Assembly (NCBI GenBank): GCA_021735105.1
Contig: JAIPHS010000002.1
Span: 1-44,282, forward strand
Source of the DNA: Candidatus Omnitrophota bacterium
Lineage (GTDB): Bacteria > Omnitrophota > Gorgyraeia > Duberdicusellales > 4484-171
DNA length: 44,282 nt
Reading direction: 5' to 3'
In this document: in pieces, positions 36,583-44,282 of the stretch
How the letters are laid out: every line of letters begins with the position of its first letter
Numbering within the stretch: the first letter of the stretch is position 1
Made by a program: the position numbers and the translations under genes
The notes under the pieces: model-generated
Told to the model about the DNA's origin: nothing
What the model saw: the letters and a program-made list of their open reading frames with translations, nothing else
The model's database searches: none

Positions 36583-37512
36583 TTAGTCTTTTCGGCGGTC
36601 GAAGATATATTTACTTTCGGGGAACTTTTTTGCTAAACTTTTTAGTTCTGCACCTCGAGAACTTACCTGAGCTACATGATTAAAATCTTTTTTTTCATTG
36701 GTAATTATACCTATTGAAATAGTGGGGAAGCCAAATTTGGATGTCTCCCCACTTCTATTTTTTGCTTCAATGTAACTTTTTTTTCTATCTTCCGGATCGA
36801 AAAAATTTGGAGAAAAATTATCAAATTTAAAAATTATACTTTTTGATATTAGCTCTGCTTTTTCAACGGAAGTTATTATTACGAAATCATCTCCGCCGAT
36901 ATGTCCAATAAAATCATTCGATTGGCCTTTTTCCTGCATAGCTTCAACCAGTATTTGTGAAGTTTCTTTAATTATTTCATCTCCCCTGCCAAAGCCATAA
37001 TAGTCATTTAAAACTTTAAAATTATCTATATCCACATAGAGAACAGCAAAATTTTCTTTGAGAGATAGTTTATTTTCTAATTCTTTATTTATTGAAATGT
37101 TTCCCGGTAATCTGGTTAAGGGGTTTGCATCAAGATTTAAACTAGATCTTCTGATTAACATTCTAATTCTTGCAATTAATTCTTGGGGTAAGAATGGTTT
37201 AGTCATATAGTCATCAGCGCCAGCTTCCAGCCCTTTGACTTTGTCCTCAACCTCTCCTTTTCCAGTAAGCATCAAAACTGGTAAATTCATAAGCAAAGCA
37301 TCTTGTCTTATTTTTTTACAAATTTGATCTCCATTGATATCCGGCAGCATATAGTCCAATATGAGTAAATCAGGGGTAATTTTTTTTAGTTTAATTAAAG
37401 CCTCACCGCCGGTATCAGCAGTTTGGACCTCAAATTCACTTTCTAAAGTAGCTTCTATTAAATCTAAGATGTCTAAGTTGTCGTCTACAGCTAATATTTT
37501 TAATTTATTCAT
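36583..37512 (-). CDS. Response regulator with REC and GGDEF-type domains (signature reads GGDDF)
   Basis: 309 aa. REC domain (AVDDN, LILDYMLPDINGD, TKPF). Cyclase-like domain LTRLPGN...YVDIDNFKVLNDYYGFGRGD...HIGGDDFVI. No RxxD I-site upstream of the signature. Confidence 0.85.
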   Translation of the reverse strand: MNKLKILAVDDNLDILDLIEATLESEFEVQTADTGGEALIKLKKITPDLLILDYMLPDINGDQICKKIRQDALLMNLPVLMLTGKGEVEDKVKGLEAGADDYMTKPFLPQELIARIRMLIRRSSLNLDANPLTRLPGNISINKELENKLSLKENFAVLYVDIDNFKVLNDYYGFGRGDEIIKETSQILVEAMQEKGQSNDFIGHIGGDDFVIITSVEKAELISKSIIFKFDNFSPNFFDPEDRKKSYIEAKNRSGETSKFGFPTISIGIITNEKKDFNHVAQVSSRGAELKSLAKKFPESKYIFDRRKD

Positions 37513-39001
37513 TTTTTCTTTTTTCTAGGGTAAAAGAAAAAGTAGTTCCCTCGCCTACTTCTGACTCAACCCATATTTTCTGTTTGTGGCTATCGATTAT
37601 TTTTTTTACCAAGGGAAGCCCTAAGCCGCTTCCTTTTATTGCTCTTTTCTCCATATCTTTTACTCGATAAAATTCTTGAAATATCTTATCTAAGTTTTCT
37701 TTAGAGATACCAAATCCTGTATCAGCTATAGAAATTAAAGCTTTTTGATTGGTATCTTTACAGCTAATTATTATTTGGCCACCTTCAGGTGTAAACTTAA
37801 TAGCATTATTGACAAGATTAGTCAAGACTCTTTCAATTAAATTTTTATCCATATAAACATTAAAATTTTCAGGTGCATCTATCTTAATATCTATATTCTT
37901 TTGATGACTTTGTGGTTCAAAAAAGTCAGCAATATTCTTGATTAAAGGCACAATGTCATCAAAAGTTATATTTATTTCTATCTTTCCGGATTCAATTCGA
38001 GAAATATCTAAGAGAGTATTAACTATATCCATTAACTTATCAACATTTTCAACTACTTTTTCAAGCCTTTTTTTTGCCTCTTGGGGTAATTTGCCAAATT
38101 TTTCATCAGCTAAAAGTGAAGAAAACCCCTTAACAGAAGTAAGAGGTGTTCTTAGTTCGTGAGATACATTTGAAATAAAATCTGATTTTGTTTTACTGAT
38201 TGTTTCCACTGTTTTTAAACTTTTAGCTAATTCTTTTGTTCTGTTTTTTATTTTATTTTCCAGGCTTTCTTTGGTTTGATAAATTTGTTCAAATAATTCA
38301 ATGTTGTCTAAGCATTTAGATAAATACATACAAAGTATTAAGAAAGTTTCTTTTGTCGACTCTCTGATAAAATCAGAAGAAATTAATCCAGCTAAAATAA
38401 AAATATTATAAACTTTACTTTTAGTCTTAATAGGACAGATAAGGATATTGTTTATATTTAATCTGGCCGAAAGTGTTTTACAAATCTCAGATTCAGAAGT
38501 TAATATTTTTTTTTCTTGAAGGTAAGATTTATTTTTGAAAATGATATCAGCTATAGTTTTAGTTTCAAAAGAGTCAAAATTCATTTCATATATTTGTTCT
38601 AGATTATCAAAGTCTAATAAAAGGCCTTTTTTGAAACCAAATTTTTCTATTAAAAGGTTGTCTATCTTTAAAAAAAGTTGATTTTTATTAAGTATGGGCA
38701 GGCTGGATGATATAAATTTTCTTAAAAGATTGAGCTTGTTACCCTGCACTTCTATTTCTTGTTGGTAAAGCTTTAAGTCCATATCGCCTTTTAAAATTAT
38801 TTTTGCTTGTTGGTCTAATTTTTCTAAAGAACTATTTAAGCTAAAATTTTCTTTTTTCAAATTAGATATAGCATTTAATTTCTTTACAACATAGAGGAAT
38901 ACAAAGACAACAAATAGTGTGAAGAAAAAACTTGCGCTTAATGCAGTTTTTGAAGAAATATTTAAAAATTCAGCTAACAAAACCGGGCTATTCCCAAACA
39001 T
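37505..39001 (-). CDS. Membrane-anchored sensor histidine kinase
   Basis: 498 aa. N-terminal TM helix, coiled coil, GAF/PAS-sized sensor region, H-box SHELRTPLTSV, HATPase_c with NLVNNAIKFT, DTGFGI and GSGLGLPLV. Confidence 0.88.
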   Translation of the reverse strand: MFGNSPVLLAEFLNISSKTALSASFFFTLFVVFVFLYVVKKLNAISNLKKENFSLNSSLEKLDQQAKIILKGDMDLKLYQQEIEVQGNKLNLLRKFISSSLPILNKNQLFLKIDNLLIEKFGFKKGLLLDFDNLEQIYEMNFDSFETKTIADIIFKNKSYLQEKKILTSESEICKTLSARLNINNILICPIKTKSKVYNIFILAGLISSDFIRESTKETFLILCMYLSKCLDNIELFEQIYQTKESLENKIKNRTKELAKSLKTVETISKTKSDFISNVSHELRTPLTSVKGFSSLLADEKFGKLPQEAKKRLEKVVENVDKLMDIVNTLLDISRIESGKIEINITFDDIVPLIKNIADFFEPQSHQKNIDIKIDAPENFNVYMDKNLIERVLTNLVNNAIKFTPEGGQIIISCKDTNQKALISIADTGFGISKENLDKIFQEFYRVKDMEKRAIKGSGLGLPLVKKIIDSHKQKIWVESEVGEGTTFSFTLEKRKNE

Positions 39002-40115
39002 TTAACAATAATCCCCCGCTTTCTATATTAATGTCCTGAGTTTCTTCATCAGGAAATAAATAATAATCAGAATATATACCAAACAATTCTTTTTTTGGAG
39101 ATAAAAGATTTTCTATATTTTCAATTTCTTTTTCCGCTTTTTTGCCTAACACTTTTTTTCTCTCTAAAGAATTAATCATAAAAACAATTCCTTCTTTTCT
39201 GTTTTTCGTTTCTCCTAGTTTATTAATAATCTCACTTTTTGGATATTTTTCTCTCAGGGTCATCAAATTACCTTGAGCCTTATTACGCAAATTTCCTTTA
39301 AACAAAAAAGACCCGTCTTCTAATATATCAACTATAGTCAATAAATGGAAAGAATTTTTGTTTAATACTCCTAACGGGTAATAAGAAAAAAGACGATTTT
39401 TAATAAAACTGTTAAATTTTTCTTCAAAATAATGCTTATAAATTTCTACAGCCGGCCTATTGTTTATCTCATAAATTATCTGTTGTTTCGGGTTGAGTTT
39501 ATTTATCTCAAAAGGTTTGCCAAAAGGAATAAAATTCTGTAAATGAAGGGTCTCTGTATTGATGCCATCTAAAACTAAACTTATCAAGCCATTCCCTACT
39601 CCTTTTTCTAGTATAAAGCTTTCTCGAGGTGAGTATTTATTTTGATATCCTGCTCCGGAGAAGGTAATTAACTTTCCCAAAGAAAATTCTAATCCTCTTA
39701 AAAAAGATAAAGAGTTTATTTGGGGAGAAAGAAAAGAGATAAATTTTATATTTTTTCTTTTAATTTCCTTAAAATATTGTTTTAAGATATATTCAATTTT
39801 TTCTGAATCTTGAGAACCGATAAAAAGGCTGTTAACCCGAGTATCTTTTTTATTAATACAACAGCTGATTATGCCTTTTTCAATAATTTTATTTTTATAA
39901 ATTAGAAGGGGAGCCTGAATTGCGAATAAGTTAGGATTATTCAAGGTTAGATTAAAGATTTGTGATAAATTCTTGGGATCATATCCCGGGGTAAAAAGAA
40001 TAAAGATAAAAGAGGGGATAGTTTTAAATCTTACTTTGATTTCTAAAGAAATCTCTTTTGCTGCTTTGCTGCTATCCTTTTGGTTTAGGTAGATAAAATA
40101 CTCATTTTTTTTCAT
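38988..40115 (-). CDS. FIST-like sensory domain protein
   Basis: About 375 aa. I place the start at the ATG (40113-40115) rather than the tracked GTG at 40121. Size and two-lobed architecture (FILFTPGYD...; ...LFGIYSDY) suggest FIST_N/FIST_C. Overlaps the kinase gene by 14 nt. Confidence 0.5.
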   Translation of the reverse strand: MKKNEYFIYLNQKDSSKAAKEISLEIKVRFKTIPSFIFILFTPGYDPKNLSQIFNLTLNNPNLFAIQAPLLIYKNKIIEKGIISCCINKKDTRVNSLFIGSQDSEKIEYILKQYFKEIKRKNIKFISFLSPQINSLSFLRGLEFSLGKLITFSGAGYQNKYSPRESFILEKGVGNGLISLVLDGINTETLHLQNFIPFGKPFEINKLNPKQQIIYEINNRPAVEIYKHYFEEKFNSFIKNRLFSYYPLGVLNKNSFHLLTIVDILEDGSFLFKGNLRNKAQGNLMTLREKYPKSEIINKLGETKNRKEGIVFMINSLERKKVLGKKAEKEIENIENLLSPKKELFGIYSDYYLFPDEETQDINIESGGLLLNVWE

Positions 40116-40119
40116 ATTC

Positions 40120-40174
40120 ACCCTGTGGAATAATTTTGTTTACAAAATTGCCGCAAAGCGGCATTCCACAGGGT
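40120..40174 (-). promoter_or_regulatory. 55-nt Y-shaped element covering the SD of the FIST gene
   Basis: Perfect 12-bp outer stem accctgtggaat (40120-40131) / attccacagggt (40163-40174). It encloses two abutting hairpins: aattttg-ttta-caaaatt (40132-40149) and gccgc-aaa-gcggc (40150-40162). On the minus-strand mRNA the 3' arm holds the AGGG(T)G SD-like sequence and ends 4 nt before the ATG. Confidence 0.5.
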
Positions 40175-40221
40175 AAAGCTTATCATAAAGCAGAAAATAA
40201 ATCAATTAGCTATCTATTAGA

Positions 40222-40250
40222 TTGACAATTAAGATGAACTGCTTTATTAT
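40222..40250 (+). promoter_or_regulatory. Sigma70-like promoter of the pil operon (TTGACA-N17-TATTAT)
   Basis: TTGACA at 40222-40227, 17-nt spacer, TATTAT at 40245-40250. Confidence 0.5.
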
Positions 40251-40302
40251 GTTTATGTAATTATTTTTTGTCTATAGCAGAAGATATAAATTAATAAAAC
40301 AG

Positions 40303-41328
40303 TTGAAAATGCTCAAAAATATACAAAAAAAGGCCTCCGAATTAGTTGAAAAAGGTTTGGTCAAAAGAAGCGCCGAAACATTTACTGCGATTAATATCGG
40401 TAACTATTTTATAAAAGGAATAATTGTCAAAAAAGGCAAAATTGCTGATTATTTTATTGAGGCAAACAAAGATCTTCCCGAAGTCATCGGAAAGCTAAAG
40501 TCATATAAAAAAATCCCCACCAAAAAGATTAAGATTTCTCTCAAAAGCCCGGATTGTTTAGTGCGTTATTTTTCTTTTCCCAAAACTGAAAAAAGAAAGT
40601 TAAGGCAGGCCTTATATTATCAGCTGAATAAGCTTATTCCCTATCGGCCTGATGAGGTTTATTTTGATTATACAATACTAAAAGAAATTACTCCTTCGCA
40701 AAATCAAATATTGTTAGCTGTAGCTAAAAAAAAACATATTGATTCAATTTTAGAATCTTTTGAAAAAAAGGGGTTTTCGATTTCTGAAATTACCTTAGAT
40801 AGCATATCTCTTATAAATCTTTATCTGGATAAAGATCCCGAAAACAAAAAAATGAATAGCTGCATTTTAGATATTGGGCATAGTTTTTCGACAATGAATA
40901 TTCTAGAAGAAGGACTGCCGTTTTTTAGCCGGGAAGTAAAATTCAGCACAAAGGATTTAATTGAAATTACAACTAGGGTAAAGAGCATATCAGAAAAAGA
41001 AGCCGTAAGTGTTCTATCGAAAGTAGATAAAAAAAGCGATTTATTTACTATTTTAGAAGAAAATATTTCAGACTGGTGTAAAGAAATTAAAAATTCATTT
41101 GATTTTTTTGAATTAAATAAAGGCAAAAGTTTAGATAAACTTTATATAACAGGAGGATTGGCCGCGGTACCTAATATTACTAGTATTTTTTCTGATAATT
41201 TAGAGATTGATTCAGAGATTTTAGTACCGGATGAATCAAATAACTTAAGCTTTAGTGATAGTTTTTCTAAAAAAAATTATAGAGAGTATAAGCATAACTT
41301 AGCAGTAACTTTTGGGTTGTTATTATAA
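40303..41328 (+). CDS. pilM: Type IV pilus assembly protein PilM (actin-like ATPase fold)
   Basis: 341 aa (TTG at 40303 or ATG at 40309). Layout is AINIGNYFIKG...LDIGHSFSTM...YITGGLA. Followed by pilN/O/P/Q-like genes. Confidence 0.8.
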   Translation: MKMLKNIQKKASELVEKGLVKRSAETFTAINIGNYFIKGIIVKKGKIADYFIEANKDLPEVIGKLKSYKKIPTKKIKISLKSPDCLVRYFSFPKTEKRKLRQALYYQLNKLIPYRPDEVYFDYTILKEITPSQNQILLAVAKKKHIDSILESFEKKGFSISEITLDSISLINLYLDKDPENKKMNSCILDIGHSFSTMNILEEGLPFFSREVKFSTKDLIEITTRVKSISEKEAVSVLSKVDKKSDLFTILEENISDWCKEIKNSFDFFELNKGKSLDKLYITGGLAAVPNITSIFSDNLEIDSEILVPDESNNLSFSDSFSKKNYREYKHNLAVTFGLLL

Positions 41329-41332
41329 ACAT

Positions 41333-41896
41333 ATGAAAAAAATTAAAATAAATTTAAATCCCAGGAAACCAACTATTTTTGACCAAGGTTTAGGAAAAGC
41401 ATTAGATTACATTCCTCTGTTGATACTTTTGGTTATATTTTTTGCTTTGTTGGTTGGTGGGATAGGATTATTTTCTTTAACCAAGGCAGCAAGATACAAC
41501 CATTATCGAAATATATGGAAAAAGTGGGAGTCTAGAAGCAGTCAGCTAGACGAGATCAAAGATAACAGGGATAGCTTAGAGCGGGAGCTTAGTAGGATAA
41601 AAGATGTTGTAGCTCCTAAATACACAGGAATAACTTTGTTAAATAATTTATTTTCTGCTTTGCCAAAAAATATTTGGTTTAAAAATGTTTTTTTTGAACA
41701 AGAAGCGATCAAAGTTGAAGGGTATATTGTGGCGTGGGATGAAGACCCCATAGTCTCTTTAGAAAATTTTATCAATAATTTACAAGAAAGTGAAGATTTC
41801 TCAAAAAAGTTTGAAAGAATGAGTATAAAAGATACTAAAAGAACAAATTTTAACGGGGTAGAAGTTACTCAATTTATTATCGAATGCAAAAAATAA
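41333..41896 (+). CDS. pilN: PilN-like pilus assembly protein
   Basis: 187 aa from the ATG at 41333. INLNP start, single TM helix, coiled coil. The tracked start at 41312 overlaps pilM. Confidence 0.6.
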   Translation: MKKIKINLNPRKPTIFDQGLGKALDYIPLLILLVIFFALLVGGIGLFSLTKAARYNHYRNIWKKWESRSSQLDEIKDNRDSLERELSRIKDVVAPKYTGITLLNNLFSALPKNIWFKNVFFEQEAIKVEGYIVAWDEDPIVSLENFINNLQESEDFSKKFERMSIKDTKRTNFNGVEVTQFIIECKK

Positions 41897-42411
41897 AGCT
41901 AGACAAACAACTGGTTATTTTTATTATTTTAGCTCTAACTTTAGTGGTTGAGTTATTTATATTTTTGCCTTGGGGAATCGGAAGAATTTCAAAACTGGCT
42001 AAAAAAACAGATAGTTTAAGACAAAAAATTAATACCACCAAAACCGATTGGCCTAAAAAGCCAGATTATTTAGATAAAGTAGATAGGCTAAAAGTAAAAA
42101 CAGAAAACAACAAAAACAAGATTGTAGCTGTCGGCCATGAATCTAAGTTAATTTCCTTTATTTCTGAAAATAGCCAAAAGTATGATATAAAAATTAAAGC
42201 AATTACGCCTCTTGATGTTTTCTCGGCAGAAAATAAAAATTTTGATTATATTCCTTTTAGGATTGAAGCTGAAGGTAGTTTTCACGATTTAGGTAATTTT
42301 TTAAGTTTTTTGCAAAAGGATAAATATTTTTTTCAACTCAAAGAATTAGTTATAACCGGCTATCGGCCCAATAAAATCAATATGTTATTATGTGGTTTAA
42401 GCCAAAAGTAA
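41884..42411 (+). CDS. pilO: PilO-like pilus assembly protein
   Basis: 175 aa. N-terminal TM helix, coiled coil, C-terminal alpha/beta domain. Identified by position after pilN. Confidence 0.5.
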   Translation: MQKIKLDKQLVIFIILALTLVVELFIFLPWGIGRISKLAKKTDSLRQKINTTKTDWPKKPDYLDKVDRLKVKTENNKNKIVAVGHESKLISFISENSQKYDIKIKAITPLDVFSAENKNFDYIPFRIEAEGSFHDLGNFLSFLQKDKYFFQLKELVITGYRPNKINMLLCGLSQK

Positions 42412-42752
42412 TAAAAATAAGCCTCTATTTTGTTTTCTTTTGTTTATTGGTTTCTTTATCTTTTGCCGATAACAAGGATTATTTTTATTCCAATGACCAA
42501 AGAAACCCTTTTCATCCTTTAGTCGATTCTTATGGAAAGATCTTAATTCCCAAAAAAATTGATATTGGCAATCTTTCATTAGAAGGGATAATTTATTCGA
42601 AAACTAATTCTGTTGTGGCAATAAACGGAGAGATTTTGGAGGAAGGCCAGCAGATTGGTGAATTTAAAATTTTAAAAATTGAAAAGGAAAAAGTAATTTT
42701 AGAAAAAGGCAATAAAAAACATAATTTAATGCTGGAGGTTGAAAATGATTAG
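42390..42752 (+). CDS. PilP-like small periplasmic protein
   Basis: 120 aa. Signal peptide, RNPFHPL motif (compare RDPF in PilP/GspC-like proteins), beta-rich C-terminus. Sits between pilO and the secretin. Confidence 0.4.
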   Translation: MWFKPKVIKISLYFVFFCLLVSLSFADNKDYFYSNDQRNPFHPLVDSYGKILIPKKIDIGNLSLEGIIYSKTNSVVAINGEILEEGQQIGEFKILKIEKEKVILEKGNKKHNLMLEVEND

Positions 42753-44262
42753 GAGCCTAAATAAATTTATTAAGGTAGTCTTAATTTTTACTTTCTTTAT
42801 ATTTTTTAATTTTTTATCAACTCAAAACAATATAAACACTATTTTTGCGCAAAATATTGAGGTTCTTAAATTCAAGGATGCTAATATAAAAACTGTTATT
42901 CGTTCCATCGCCCAAAAGGCGTATCAGGATGGCAGAAAGGTTAATATTACTACCAGCCCTGATGTCGAAGGGACAGTTACGGTAAATCTAGAGGACCTAG
43001 ACTGGCTTACTGCATTGGAGGTGGTAATTAGGCCTTATGATTATAGCTATGAATGGGTTGGCAAAAATACAGTTGTTGTTGATACTACTAAAAAAATTAC
43101 CGAGAGAGAAAAAAGAGATCAAACCAGACAAGAAGTTGAAAGGCCCCAGATGAAAGTTTTTAACTTAAAATTTATCGATGCTAATGACGCAAAGAAAGCT
43201 GTTGAGCCGATGCTTTCACCAGTGGGCAGGGCTACAGTTTTAGAAGTAAGCGGCCAGGCCGGTTGGGAGTTTGGGGTAGATGTAACCAAAAGGCAAAGAA
43301 GCGGTGAAGTAAAAACTGCTAAGACAAAAGTTTTGATGATTTCCGATCTGGCTAAAAAAATAGCTGAGATAGAAAGTTTACTAAATTTAATAGATAAAAA
43401 ACCAAAACAGGTTTTAATTAAGGCTCAAATTATGGAAGTAAGTGAAGATTTATTAGATGATTTCGGTTTTCAATGGTTTACTGGAGAACTTGGATCAACA
43501 GAAATTGATATTGATTCAGGCAAAATAGACGGGTCAATAGATCCCTTTACTGGGACAACACCATCTGTACTTAATCCATCAGCAACATTAGGTTCTTCAG
43601 CAGGATTAGAGTTTGCTTTTAAAAAACTTACCGGGACTAATCTGGAAGCAATTTTACATGCAGTTAAAGATGATGCCTATACCAATACTCTTTCGGCCCC
43701 CACAATTATGACCTTAGATAATCAAGAGGCATCAATCTTGATTGGTGAAAAATATCCAATAGTCAGCACAGAGGTGAGTACAGAGACTAATACTGTAACC
43801 GGGGGGTCTTTAGATTATTACCAAGACATAGGTATTCAACTTAATGTTGTGCCTCAAATTTCAGGAGGAAATGAGGACTTTATAAATATGATCATTCATC
43901 CAGCCGTTACTTCTTTAGGCGGGGAAGTAACTATTTCTTCAGCAGATGCTGATCTTGTTTCGTATCCAAGGATAAACACTCGCGAAGCTGAAACACAAGT
44001 ATTAATGAAAGATGGTGAGACTATAGTTATCGGCGGATTGCTTAAAGATGTAAAAGCAAAAGAAGAGATTGGGGTGCCATTTTTAAGCAAAATTCCTGTT
44101 TTGGGCTGGTTGTTTAAACGGCAAACTAATGATACCGAAAAGATAGATTTATTAATATTTATTACAGCCCATGTTTTAGAGCCGGGTAAAGTTAATTCTA
44201 TAGAGTTAATTGAGTCTAGTAATGTTACCGGTAAATTTAAAAAAGCAGAAAAGAAAAAATAA
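42739..44262 (+). CDS. pilQ: Secretin (PilQ/GspD family)
   Basis: 507 aa. Signal peptide, N-domains, C-terminal secretin core with ETIVIGGLL...GVPFLSKIPVLGWLFK...LLIFITA. Confidence 0.88.
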   Translation: MKMIRSLNKFIKVVLIFTFFIFFNFLSTQNNINTIFAQNIEVLKFKDANIKTVIRSIAQKAYQDGRKVNITTSPDVEGTVTVNLEDLDWLTALEVVIRPYDYSYEWVGKNTVVVDTTKKITEREKRDQTRQEVERPQMKVFNLKFIDANDAKKAVEPMLSPVGRATVLEVSGQAGWEFGVDVTKRQRSGEVKTAKTKVLMISDLAKKIAEIESLLNLIDKKPKQVLIKAQIMEVSEDLLDDFGFQWFTGELGSTEIDIDSGKIDGSIDPFTGTTPSVLNPSATLGSSAGLEFAFKKLTGTNLEAILHAVKDDAYTNTLSAPTIMTLDNQEASILIGEKYPIVSTEVSTETNTVTGGSLDYYQDIGIQLNVVPQISGGNEDFINMIIHPAVTSLGGEVTISSADADLVSYPRINTREAETQVLMKDGETIVIGGLLKDVKAKEEIGVPFLSKIPVLGWLFKRQTNDTEKIDLLIFITAHVLEPGKVNSIELIESSNVTGKFKKAEKKK

Positions 44263-44282
44263 ACCTGATTTGTCATTGCGAG

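Overview
AT-rich bacterial chromosomal segment, about one-third G+C by eye, standard genetic code, genes tightly packed and mostly on the + strand. It probably comes from an uncultivated diderm lineage, because it pairs a secretin-containing pilMNOPQ cluster with a Bacteroidetes/Chlamydia-style 7-gene V-type ATPase operon. Content is almost entirely housekeeping. In order: gyrB-gyrA; tRNA-Glu; glmS-rsmI; pyrR-pyrB-pyrC; tRNA-Arg; a LOG-like/dUTPase-like pair; yjbQ; fpg; a fused pabB-pabC; pyrK-pyrD-pyrF; V-ATPase ntpE-DUF2764-A-B-D-I-K; tRNA-Val; thrS-infC-rpmI-rplT; a Trk/Ktr K+ uptake module; pheS-pheT; a PAC2-family gene; tRNA-Leu (-). These are followed by a minus-strand FIST / histidine kinase / REC-GGDEF operon and a divergent pilMNOPQ operon. 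I see no rRNA, transposase, integrase, CRISPR array or recognisable defence island. The gene list leaves one thing unexplained: nearly every spacer longer than about 50 nt, plus one site inside pyrK, is filled by locus-specific degenerate tandem repeats of 7-8 nt. These are often arranged as two complementary arms (imperfect palindromes of 55-165 nt) or as compact Y-shaped three-way junctions, and they sit between cistrons of essential operons. That pattern is my main candidate for something undescribed, but I cannot tell function from mutational by-product using sequence alone. Smaller candidates are a 20-nt duplication of the tRNA-Val 3' end, an isolated near-consensus promoter driving a ~170-nt leader or sRNA, a 36-codon membrane micro-ORF coupled between trkA and trkH, a PyrR site overlapping the pyrR Shine-Dalgarno (SD), and Na+-binding residues in the V-ATPase c subunit. 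All calls rest on motif recognition by eye; no searches or folding calculations were run.
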